Part shown: positions 1-11,459 of the stretch, in pieces | Layout: each line of letters opens with the position of its first letter | Numbering within the stretch: position 1 is the stretch's first letter | Assembly (NCBI GenBank): GCA_951406725.2 | Contig: OX597814.1 | Span: 36,022,001-36,086,000 of the forward strand | Direction of reading: 5' to 3' | Length of the DNA stretch: 64,000 nucleotides | Source: Octopus vulgaris | Taxonomy: Eukaryota | Program-made: the position numbers and the translations under genes | The notes under the pieces: model-generated | Databases searched by the model: none | The model's input: the letters and a program-made list of their open reading frames with translations, nothing else | Told to the model about the DNA's origin: nothing

Positions 1-97
1 CATGACATAATGCAAAAGGTTTCGGCCATTATCAGCCCAGGTCATGACCAACTCAATAGTACCACCTGGAAAAGTCTTTTAGTTAATTATTTCTGGA

Positions 98-166
<69 letters not shown>

Positions 167-182
167 TAGATATATATATAAT

Positions 183-517
183 ACAGTTCTATATTTAAGA
201 GATGAGGAATTATGTACATTATTTACTATTGACGGATATTTGTCCTCATCTTGTTTGTTGTTAACATAACATTTGGGCTGATATGCCCTCCAGCCTTCAT
301 CGAGTGTCTTGGGAAAATTTCGAATCTGGGTTCTCATGTCTAAGGTATTTTTATTTTTCGATGTTTGTTGTTGTTATTATTATTATTATTATTATTATAA
401 TTATTGTAAGTATTATTATTATTATTATTGTTGTTATTATTCAGGTCACTGCTTGGAATTGAATTCGGAATCTTGGGGGTTAGTAGCCCATGCTCTTAAC
501 CACTATACCATATTCCA
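183..517 (-). mobile_element. tRNA-headed SINE-like element carrying a degenerate hammerhead ribozyme (copy 1)
   Basis: Reverse complement aligns with 7300-7570: tRNA-like head (..TATAGTGGTTAAGAGC..GGGCTACTAACCCCCAAGATTCCGAATTCAATTCC), (AAT)n spacer, body GAGAACCCAGATTCGAAATTTTCCCAAGACAC, decayed HHR at 263-308. Inverted copy of its head at 519-545. Confidence 0.8.
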
Positions 518-549
518 GTGGGCATATGCATAGTGGTTAAGAGCAAGGG

Positions 550-955
550 GTGCAATTTGTTTGACTAAACCCTTGAAGGTAGTACTCCAGCATGGCAGCA
601 GTCCAGTGACTGAAAAAGTAAAAGATAAAAAAGATAACAGTATACTAATAGTCCAAAGATTTTCTTTCTGTAATATTCTCCTTGCAAGGAATCGACATTG
701 GAACTACATGGTTATGAAGATAACTTCTTTATCTGTAATCTTTGATCTTTTGACGTTTATTTCTTTCAGTCATTACACAGCAGCAATGCTGGAGCACCAC
801 CTTGCAAAATATTTAGTGGAATGAATTGACCCGAATTCTTTTATTTTTTTAAGCCTGCTACTTATGTACTTATTCTGTTGAATTCATTTGCTGAACTGCA
901 AAGCTACAGCAATATTAATACATTAACACCAGCTATCAGATGATGGTGGGGGATA
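550..955. mobile_element. two opposed 3' fragments of the composite CORE-like SINE (550-640 +; 735-955 -)
   Basis: Tail motif GGT.GT.CTCCAGCATGGC..CAGTC....GACTGAAA shared with full copies at 6580-7035 and 43230-43630. Confidence 0.65.
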
Positions 956-964
956 TACATGGAC

Positions 965-1160
965 ATGCGGGTGGCATGTAAAAAGCACCCACTGCACTCG
1001 CGGAGTGGTTGGCGTTAGGAAGGGCATCCAGCCGTAGAAACACTGCCAGATCAGACTGGGCCTGATGCAGCATTCTGGCTTCACAGACCCCAGTTGAACC
1101 GTCCAACCCATGCTAGCATGGAAAACGGACGCTAAATGATGATGATGGTGATGATGATGA
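965..1160 (+). mobile_element. RTE LINE 3'-UTR fragment ending in (GAT)n
   Basis: GGCATGTAAAAAGCACCCACT..GGAGTGGTTGGCGTTAGGAAGGGCATCCAG..CATGGAAAACGGACG.TAAATGATGATG, the same 3' end as the RTE copies at 7572 and 28258. Confidence 0.8.
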
Positions 1161-1226
1161 TAAAGACACACACACACACACACACACACATATAATCAAA
1201 ATAAACAACAGGATATCAAGTACTGA

Positions 1227-1312
1227 TGCAGTATGACTGTTTCAAGTGGCTCCATTTAATTGAACAATGCAATGATTACATCAATTCAAATGCAATGCCA
1301 TTTTCAGCTGCA
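1227..1312 (-). ncRNA. degenerate type I hammerhead motif with long stem II (PLE terminal-repeat fragment)
   Basis: Minus strand: TGCAG-CTGAAAA-TGGC..CATTTGAATTGA..TCAATTAAATG..GCCAC-TT-GAAAC-AGTC-ATA-CTGCA. Stem I TGCAG/CTGCA is intact; core G8>A. Confidence 0.55.
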
Positions 1313-1903
1313 CAAATAAATGAATAATTAGAATTTTAACAAGTAGGACAAATAAATATAAATTTTTTTCAAATATTTCAACAGGGCAAGAAGATGGAAG
1401 AAATTCATGTTGTCACTATTGTAGTTAAGAATAGACTACACTTCCAAGAATCATATAAAGCCTAGTGGGATCAGTGTTGTAATGGATTGTAATTTATTTC
1501 TAATTCATTTATCTCTTCATCAACTACTAAAGTTAAGACTAGTAGACTGTGTCTATTTTGATTAAAGGACAAGTGTGAGTTGACAGCTCATGGCAAAGTA
1601 TGGTCATAAATATTATCGTATGTATCCCTTTTCCTCAGGGAGGAAAAGAAGACTTAGGGAGTAGTCAATTGGATATAAGTAACTGTCTATAAAAAGAGGC
1701 AGAGTAGGGGTAGACTTTAAATCATAATGTTAATCACCAGTTAAAGGGGAAAGACACTAAGACACCTAAGATGTTAATTCAGAGGAACTTTTATTTTGAG
1801 GCATTATGGGTGATTGTTTATAAACAATATTGTTATATTTATGAAAATAAAATTTAAGAATTTCAATAATGTTATCACAACCAAAATAGGTAAAAGATGA
1901 GTG

Positions 1904-1969
<66 letters not shown>

Positions 1970-1974
<5 letters not shown>

Positions 1975-2120
1975 CAGACTTCTTTCAGCTTCCATTAAAC
2001 AAATACACTCACTAATCTTTGGTTGGCCAGATGCTATAGTAAGGAGACACTTGCCCAAGGTGCCAAGCAGTGGGACCGAACCTGCAACCATGTAGTTGGG
2101 AATCAAACTTCTTACCACAC
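1970..2120 (-). mobile_element. 5' half of the tRNA/CORE-like SINE
   Basis: Reverse complement has GGTTCGGTCCCACTGCTTGGCACCTTGGGCAAGTGTCT, as in the 6580 copy. Confidence 0.75.
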
Positions 2121-2879
2121 ACAGACCCCTGTACCATGAACAATCATGATTTGATTTTTCAAGTCTTCCCAGAACACCTGGTGAAAACCTTTATGAAAAC
2201 CATTTACTCAGCTCCAGAAACTAAGGAAATAATTTCCTTAATAATTATAAATTACTTAATAATTAACAATGGACATGTTAAACAAACATGAATTTAATGT
2301 CATATCCATGTATAGAATAATCTATCTTATATTTAGTAGACTAATTACCATAGTTTGATTCAGAAAGCTCTTATCCTGATGCTCCATCATAAAGATGAAC
2401 TGGTTATGGGTACATTCATCAATTGATTACTCTCTTCAATCATATGTCTCTCTACCATAACACTACTTATCTAGAGCTAAGTTATGAATCATAAAATACG
2501 ACAGTAGCAACACAATGCTTTCTTGTACAACTTAAAAGTGAAACTAACTTTATGGGGTCTGATTAATGTCAAATATTCTAAGGCATGACGAATTAAATCT
2601 GGAATCTAATTACTATATAACCATATTCATATTAAAAAAGAAAAACAAAACTAACAATCTATGCACGATTTTCTGTCTGGTTAACGACAACAGTTTTGAA
2701 TAGAGCAAATATTAACTTTCTCTCTCTCTCACTCTCTCATTCTCATCATCCCCTCCATCTCACTTTACACCCCTTTGATTGTCTGTCCGTCTGTTTGTTT
2801 GTCTCTCTATATATATGCGTGTGCATTTGTATATCTATTTACACATACTCACACACATACACATACATATATATTCATA

Positions 2880-2892
2880 TATCTATCTATGT

Positions 2893-2935
<43 letters not shown>

Positions 2936-2978
2936 TATATATGTCTATGTATGTATGTATATATATATACATACATAC

Positions 2979-3050
<72 letters not shown>

Positions 3051-3460
3051 ATATAAATACACACAGACAAGCACAAATACGTACACATGTAAAACAAGCA
3101 AGTAAGCTATTACCAAAAAGTTTACTATGAAAAAAAAAAGAATTGCTATGAATATTTCTGTGTAAGTTATATAAATATGATATTAAAATAATATTAATAC
3201 AATAAAGGAAACAAGACATACATTTCTATATCATTGTTTTTAGTCACTTTGATAGACTCTGCTGAAGTGGAATTCACAGAAATCAAAAATGTAAGTAATA
3301 TCAATAAATAGAAAGCAAATGGACTTAGTTGTTTTATGTACACAAACTTTACTTGACATTTTTGGAATTTTTTTTTCATTGAATATTACTTTGTTTATGC
3401 TTTTTTGTTATTATTTACAATGTTAAGTATATTCGAAGAAATATATCTTTTATCACTTCA

Positions 3461-3491
<31 letters not shown>

Positions 3492-3520
3492 TGTATGTAT
3501 GTATGTATGTATGTATGTAG

Positions 3521-3568
<48 letters not shown>

Positions 3569-3596
3569 ACACACATATATATAGACACATCTATAT

Positions 3597-3640
<44 letters not shown>

Positions 3641-4860
3641 TCATATATATACATATACATATATGTTTACACACAAATATATGTATATAAATGTGTGTGT
3701 GGTGTATATACACAAATATGCACATATATACATATATGGGTGTGTATATATATATATCAAAATCTATGCATATGTAATACACATTATGAGAGGTCTTTGA
3801 CAATTTTTTTATATATCTCTTCTTTTTAATCAAATGATTAAAATAAAAAAAGATTAAAGGGAAATCAAATGACACTTAGTATGTAATAATTTTAAAAGGA
3901 TTATTCATCATCTGAAGATAAGAATATGATATGAGTCTCGCATACAGACACACACAAGCACACACATATATGTTTTAGATGTATATACATATGTAAGTAT
4001 GTATGTATGTATTTATGTATGTGTGTATGTATGTATTTATGTATGTATGTATGTATTTATGTATATAAGTATGTATGTATTATGTATGTAAGTATGTATG
4101 TATTACGTATGTATGTATGTATCTATCTATCTATCTATCTGTCTATCTATCTATTTGTGTATGCATTTATATATATACATATATATATATATCATATATA
4201 TATACATAAGCATATATTCATACATACAAATATACACATGTATATATACATACATACATATATGTATATACACATACATACCTACATACATGTATATATA
4301 TATATATATATAAAGTATTATTTTTTATATATGTTTATGAATGTCTTTAACTCTGTCTTTCTCTCTGTCACTCATACTTACTGTCTCTCTTCTCCCTCAA
4401 TATACTTGCACATATATACACAAAAATGTACGCACATATTTCCACTTCTTATGCAGGCAAAAAGGATGGTGATAATAACAATAATAATGATACAGACACA
4501 TACACATACACGACCATTTACACACAGTACCATGCACAGACATACACACATACATACAAGCACACACATATTTAGTTATATATGTATACGTATATATGTA
4601 TTTGTGAATATGACATAAAACAAATGATAGCTATCAAATTAAATTTTCTCACATTTACTATCTAGCTACTGTTAAAAACTTCTCTAAGATGTTCAATTTC
4701 CATATGGATGAGCCAACAGTTTATGTGTGAATTCTCATACTGTTACACACACACATACATACACACACACACACACATACACACACACACACACACATAT
4801 ATATAAGAATATATATATATATGAATATGTATATATATTTATATATATCTACATACACAA

Positions 4861-4894
<34 letters not shown>

Positions 4895-4969
4895 GTAATT
4901 ATATATATATATACACATACATACACCACATATATCATCTTCAATTTAACTTCCACTTTTCTGTGCATG

Positions 4970-5022
<53 letters not shown>

Positions 5023-5350
5023 AGATATATATATGTATGTGTATGTATATCTATATATATACATAAATATATATATATATATATATCATGATGATCATGA
5101 TGATATATATATATATATATATATACATGCACATCTATCTATCTATCTATCTATCTATATACATATATATATATATATATATATACGCACACACGTACAC
5201 ACACACATATACATATCTATATCTACATCTAAATCATTCTATCAATCAATTTATCTATCTATCAAGATATATATATATATGCATACATACATACATACAT
5301 ACTTGCATATATACATACATATATGCAAACATATATTCACACTTAAGCAC
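2880..5350. repeat. microsatellite-rich block: (TA)n, (TATG)n, (CA)n, (TATC)n
   Basis: Directly visible arrays; source of the YIYI/THTH/CVCV pseudo-ORFs. Confidence 0.95.
3222..3379 (-). CDS. candidate first coding exon of a host gene, signal-peptide-like
   Basis: ATG at 3379 opens [40 protein letters not shown]|[12 protein letters not shown]: basic n-region, hydrophobic h-region, T-S-A cleavage-like site, then donor AT|GTATGT at 3221. No homology recognised. Confidence 0.35.
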
Positions 5351-6252
5351 ACGAAACAATTTATATTGTGTTTATTTATGAGATGAATTTATTCTACTAG
5401 AACGGGTACCTGCAGTGCGATAACATAAGAACTAAAAACGTATGCAAAAGATGTTCATAAGGAAAATTTCAACACTTTTTCTCCTTCTTTTCATAATGTT
5501 TTTGCTTCCTTTTGATGAAACAATATGAATTATTTTGGCAAACACTTTTGACAGATGAAACTTGGAAAACTATTTCATTTGTGGGTGTTTGTGTTTGGGT
5601 TTGTGTGTTTGTATGTGTATGTGTGTGTGTGTTTATATGTTTGTATGTGCATGTGTGTGTGTGTGTGTTTTTTGTTGTTGTGTTTCATGTAGCTTTTGTA
5701 TTTGTATTCTTTCACATCACATTGTTTTCTTTGTTTAAAAATATTTTTCACACTTTCCTAGATCTTTGGAAATTTTTGTTTGGCTAAAAAAATAAACTCT
5801 TAGTTTATTATAGTTGTCCATTTTATTAGATGAGTTTGGCACAAGTAGCAAAATGGAAACTAACTAGATGCATTATGACATTTAAATTTGTTGTGTCATA
5901 TTTGTTTCTGCAATAGAGTTCTGCCATTCGGTGTGTTCTGGTGTCAACTACACTTTCACTAATCTAACATTTACACAATAATACTGTATATATTCTATTT
6001 CATTGATTAACATATACACTCTCTTTACTTACAAAATTCATTTTTCTTCAAGTTAAAAGCAATCATAATAATCCTAAAAACTTCTGAAAATAACAACCAA
6101 ATTTATCTCATCACACCCTATAAAAAACAAAAAAACAGACACATTGGATAAGTTAGTTTTAAAAAATAGAGGAATGCCTCTGGTGACTGGTCTAATTAAA
6201 GGCTAAATTGAACTATATATATTAGCAACAAAATTAATACTGAGAGGTAATA

Positions 6253-6516
6253 TTTATCCCCATTTAAACATGGATGTTTGTTAGAACAAGCTATACTGTG
6301 GTAGATACCATGAGAAAATCTCTCGTATTGGCTTTTAGTGCGAAATGCATTCTTGTTTACATTGCTAGTGGGGAGATAAATCCCCACATTCTGCAGTGCT
6401 AGCGATGTAAAGAAGAATGAACTTTGCACAAGAAGCCAATTATGAAAGTTTCTCTCATGGTTTCTACTCCAGTATAGTTTGTTCTAGCAGAACATTCATG
6501 TTTAAGTGGGAATAAA
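6253..6516. repeat. long imperfect inverted repeat (~116-nt arms) with a small internal hairpin
   Basis: 6253-6368 is the reverse complement of 6399-6516 at roughly 80% identity; GTGGGGA/TCCCCAC hairpin in the spacer. Confidence 0.9.
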
Positions 6517-6579
6517 ATGAATATAAACAACATAATTATTCCTGTCACCAATTATAATTTTTACTAACACAGCCACATA

Positions 6580-7035
6580 GGTGTAGGAGTGGCTGTGTGG
6601 TAAGTAGCTTGTTTACGAACCACATTGTTCCGGGTTCAGTCCCACTGCATGGCACCTTGGGCAAGTGTCTTCTACTATAGCCTTGGGCTGACCAAATCCT
6701 TGTGAGTGAATTTGGTAGACGGAAACTGAAAGAAGCCCGTCGTATATATGTATGGCCGTGGCCTTCGAGCTAAAACATTTTTAAGGATTTAAGGATATAT
6801 ATATATATGTATGTGTGTCTATACATTTGTCTGTCTGTGTTTGTCCCCCAACATCGCTTGACAACCGATGGTGGTGTGTTTACCTCCCCGTAACTTAGCG
6901 GTTTGGCAAAAGAGACGGATAGAATAAGTACTAGACTTACAAAGAATAAGACCTGGGGTCGATTTGCTTGACTAAAAGACGGTACTCCAGCATGGCCACA
7001 GTCAAATGACTGAAACAATGAAAGAGTAAAGAGTA
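6580..7035 (+). mobile_element. full-length composite tRNA-derived SINE with CORE-like domain
   Basis: A box TGGCTGTGTGG, B box GGGTTCAGTCC, CORE-like GCACCTTGGGCAAGTGTCTT, internal microsatellite, 3' tail GGTACTCCAGCATGGCCACAGTCAAATGACTGAAAC. Many related copies in the window. Confidence 0.9.
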
Positions 7036-7299
7036 TGTTGATTTAATGTATAAACCTTTGCAACTAGTTTTTGTAATAATAATTCTAATTTCCAATATTA
7101 GTCTCCATCTTCCATTTTCAGTATTTTACTTTGCATTCAGGTTATTCCAAATAACAATGGGCTTTTTACATACTTATATATTTCCACAGGCTTGGTTTGA
7201 AGACATTCTTTAATGGCAGTAAATGTGTTGTTCTGTATATTGCATAGCTGTTTTCCTATATATTACATGATGAAAATTAACAAAAATATATATGCCCAT

Positions 7300-7570
7300 G
7301 GGCATATGGCATAGTGGTTAAGAACGCGGGCTAGTAACCCCAAGATTCTGAGTTCGATTCCAAGGAGTGACCTGAACAATAATAATTATAATAATAATAA
7401 TAACATCGAAGAATACCTTAGGAATGAGAACCCAGGTTCGAAATTTCCCCCAAGACACCTGAAGAAGGCTGGAGGGTATATCAGCCGAAACGTTGTGTTA
7501 ACAACAAACAAGATGAGGACAAATATCCGTCAAATGTAAATAATGTAAATAATGTAAATAATGAAAATAA
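7300..7570 (+). mobile_element. tRNA-headed SINE-like element carrying a minimal hammerhead ribozyme (copy 2)
   Basis: A box TGGCATAGTGG (7307-7317), B box GAGTTCGATTCC, (AAT)n spacer, HHR at 7454-7499; 5' palindrome ATATGCCCATGGGCATAT at 7290-7307. Confidence 0.85.
7454..7499 (+). ncRNA. minimal type I hammerhead ribozyme
   Basis: GACAC-CTGAAGA-A-GGCTG-(GAGGGTATAT)-CAGCC-GAA-ACGT-T-GTGTT: core CUGANGA and GAAA, 5-bp stems I and II, stem III reduced to palindromic ACGU as in PLE-type minimal HHRs. Confidence 0.75.
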
Positions 7571-7571
7571 T

Positions 7572-10290
7572 ATCATCATCGTCGTCGTCGTTGTCGTTTA
7601 ACGTCTGTTTACCCTGCTGAGATGGGTTGGATGGATTGACTGAGGTCTGGCAAGCCAGTGGGCTGCACAAGACTCAAATCTGATCTGGCAATGTTTCTAC
7701 AGCTTGATGCCCTTCCTAATGCCAACCACTCTGAGAGTGTAGGGGGATTTTTACATGCCGCTGGCATGGGAGCCAATGAGGGGGCACTGGCATTGACCAC
7801 GTTTAGGTGGTGCTTTTTATGTGTCACTGGCATGGGAGTCAGTCGGAAGGAACTGGCACCGACCATGTTTGGATGGTGCTTTTTACATGCCCCCAGCACA
7901 GGAGCCATTCAGCGGGCACTGGAATCAACCTTGTTTGGATGGTGCTTTTTACATGCCATCAGCATGGTAGCCAGTCAGTGGGTACTGGTCTTGACCATGT
8001 TTGGCCAGTGCATTTTATGAGCCACTGACATGGGAGCCATACAGTGGGAACTGGCATTGACCATGTTTGGATGGTGCTTTTTACATACCACCAGCATGGA
8101 AACCAGTCTGGGGGCATGTTCAGCTGGTGCTTTTTACACACCACTGTCACAGGAAGCCAGTCAGGTGGCACTATCGACTCATGCTTGAATGGTGCTTATT
8201 AAATGCCACCAGCATGGGTGCCCATATGGTGGCACTGGCCATGACTACAATTTTAATTTCACTTGAGTCAACAGGTCTTCTCAAGCACATCATATCGCCT
8301 GATGCTTCAAGGATACTTTTAACTGGGCCGATCATGCAACACTGGCATTAGCCATGGCTGTGATCTCACATTACTTGGTGAGTCATGTCAATCACAGCCT
8401 ATTTCCATAGGTCTTGGTCTCTTGTCATTGCCTCTGTGAGGCCTAACGTCTGAAGCTCATGCTTCACCACCTCATACCATGTCTTCCTGGTTCTACCTCT
8501 TCCACAGGTTCCTTCCACTGTTAGGGTGTGACACTTCTTTACACAGCTGTCCTCATCCATACCAGCACAGTCGTCTCTCTTGCACTTTACATGTCCATCT
8601 ATTCTCTCAGAGTGCTTACACTCTGTCATGTATGCACACTGACATTACACATCCAGCGGATTATGCTAGCTTCATTTTTTTCAAGTCTACGCATGTCCTC
8701 AACAATCACAGTTCATATTTCATTGCTGGTGTATCATGGCAGTTCACACACATGCATCATACAGTCTACTTTTCAAACTGAATGAGTGACCCTTAGTTGC
8801 CAACAGAGGTAGGAGCTTTCTGAACTTTGCCCAGGCTATCTTTATTCTAGCAGCTGCACTCTCAGAGCACTTCCACTACAGGCTTGGTCACCTAGATTGT
8901 GGAAGCTATCACCTACTTCTAGTTTTTCCCTGCTGTCATGTGATGGAATCTGTTTTCTGTACATTTTTGGTGTTTATTGCCCCTGTACATCTTCCCCACA
9001 CAAAAATTATCTTCCCAGTTAACCTTCCTTTGATATTGCTGCACCTCTTATGTGTCCATAGCTTACACTGGGTACATCTTATGGAGTTTCTACCTACACC
9101 TTTTCTACAGATTGAGCAGGGCCATCCACCAGAAGGGATTTGCCTGCTTTCCTACCTACTAGGACTTTGGCTTTTGCAAGATTGGCTCTAAGCCCCTTCT
9201 ATTCTAAACCTTGCTTGAACACCCTAAACTTTGTCTCTAGTTCTGGTAGTGACTCAGCTATTAGAGCAAGGTTGTCAGCATAGAGGAGCTCCCACAGGCA
9301 GCCTGCATTGAATTCCTTTGTTATTGCCTGGAGGACTGTGATGAATAAGAGGGAGCTGAGGATTGATCCTTGGTGAACCCCTACCACTGCCTGGAATCCT
9401 TCACTATACTCATTGCCAACCATCACCTTACTGACAGCCTCCCTTTATAGGACTTGTATAGCTCTTACCAACCACTCGTCTATCTTTAGTTTCCACATTA
9501 ACCACCAGATAAGGGATCAAGTCAATAAAAACCAAGTACAAGGTCTAACTTTAGTTAGGTATTTCTCCTGCAGTTGTCTTACCAGAAATATAGCATCAGT
9601 GGTGCTTCTTCCTGGCACAAAACCAAACTGCATCTCATCAAGGCTAACTCTCTCCCCAATTAGTTGGGCTATGACTCTCTTTGTATCTTTCATTACATGA
9701 TCCAGCAATTTGATACCCTTGTAGTTATTTCTATCTAAATCATTACTTTTATCTTTGTAGCACTTGACTATGATGCTGCTACACCAGTCATTAGGTATGA
9801 CTCCTTCATGAAGTACCTGGTTTACAATGTGGGTGACTAGACCATAACCCACACCTCCAGATATTTTAAGCATCTCAATGGTGATTCCTGATGGGCCAGG
9901 GGCTTTCCCTGTCTTCATATCCTTAATTGCTTTACCATATGGGTACTGTCAATTTGGGTAGCTGGTCCCTCAATTGGGTCAACCTTTGGCAGACTCTCCA
10001 ATTCTCATTCATTCTCCACATTCAGCAGTCTTTCATAATAGCATCTCCAAGTCACTTTCTCTGCAGAATCATTAAATGCAAGTGCACCATCATCCATGCG
10101 GACATATTTCTCTCTTATCCCATCACGATTTTCTGTCACACACTGTTTTGCAATCTGAAATACTTCATTTATTTGGTCCTCACATCACTGAACATTAGCA
10201 AACTTCTTCTTTTCTGCTTCTCCCTTGGCTATATATACCTGTCTCCTAGCTTCCCTTCTGGCTATCTGATACAGTTCCCTGCTACCCCAC
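7572..10290 (-). mobile_element. 5'-truncated, decayed RTE-clade LINE (RT + 3' UTR with tandem array)
   Basis: Peptides MKTGKAPGPSG, YKGIKLLDHVMK, MQFGFVPGRSTTDAIFLVRQLQEKY, GVHQGSILS, LLYADNL, GRGRTRKTW; frameshifts and stops; ends in (GAC/GAT)n at ~7572. Confidence 0.92.
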
Positions 10291-11420
10291 TCTTGCTTGG
10301 CACACAGGTAATGTCAATTGTTATTACTACTCCATATGAAAAAATTTAAAATCTTATTAGTTAATTCATCATCTGATCATTTATCATAACGATCACTGGA
10401 AGTCATCTTTAACTAAGCTCTAACCTGTATATATTTATACCTCAAATACATATGATACACTGAGTGCATTCGTTAATGATCATAACAATCAATATGTAAT
10501 CATTGTTATTAACATCATGAGCTAGCAGTTTTAATACTTTATTCAATAAGTCCTTTTAATATTTTTTGTTGTTATTTCTTTTATAATTTATTACGACCTT
10601 AGCAGGATTTGAACTTAGAATATATTTACTGTTATTTGTTACTTGACTTTTGAATGATTTGTCCTCAACCAATTAAGAGACAAAACTGAATAATTTTATA
10701 TCTTTGGTCTTGTATTCTGCAATCTTTGTCAATTTGCCATGCAATATTTCATTGGAAACCATTATAATAGAGATGAGTGCAAGTTATTCAAATGCCATAA
10801 AGAAAATTGACAATCTCATTATATGTCTCAACTTCTGAAATTAGTTATGACAATAATTAAAGTTTTGTAGACCATTAACACCATCTTCTGAATTTTCTTT
10901 CACACATTCTGCATAATATTTTATTAGTTCAATTTCAGATGGTCATCAAGTACTTGCATTGTATTTGGCCATTTTTTTTTTCTTGTGTGTGTCAGAACCT
11001 TTATCTCTAAACAATGGCATTCATATCCTATTTCTCTATGTCAAAATTGCTTGTACAATTAATAGTCCAGTTCTTAATAAAATTTTATGTATGTTTTAAT
11101 GATATTTATGTTCCATTTTTCAATCATGACCGTCATATTGAACTGAAACTAGCATACTGTTTATTCAATGAGTTATCAGTAAATGCAGTTAAATGGTTTA
11201 TGTGTTGTTTATTTTCATTTTCTGATTGTTTTCTTTTCTTTTCTTTTCTTTTTTTTTGCTACAATATGCTAACGTGCATATTCATTTTTAATACATTCCA
11301 GCAAATTCAAATCTGAATATGCTAATTACTGTTGTGTTTTGTCATTGAAGAACAATTTCTCTTTTCAAATGAATTCATGTTCCTAACTCACTTGATTTAT
11401 TAATGTACGTGGACTTTTGG

Positions 11421-11459
11421 ACACCTGACGTTTCAATGTCATTGTGCCTCATCAAGTGT
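11421..11459 (-). ncRNA. degenerate hammerhead remnant at the 3' end of the PLE
   Basis: ACAC-TTGATGA-GGCACAATGACATT-GAAACGTCAG-GTGT, followed ~20 nt downstream by AATAAA. Confidence 0.5.

Noticed and set aside
7740-8240. CRISPR-like repeat/spacer appearance
   Set aside because: Eukaryotic context, linkers related to each other, no cas genes, and the array is part of the RTE 3' UTR seen in many copies.
10660-11200. Possible old DNA-transposase remnant
   Set aside because: Only vague peptide resemblance; no diagnostic motif recovered.
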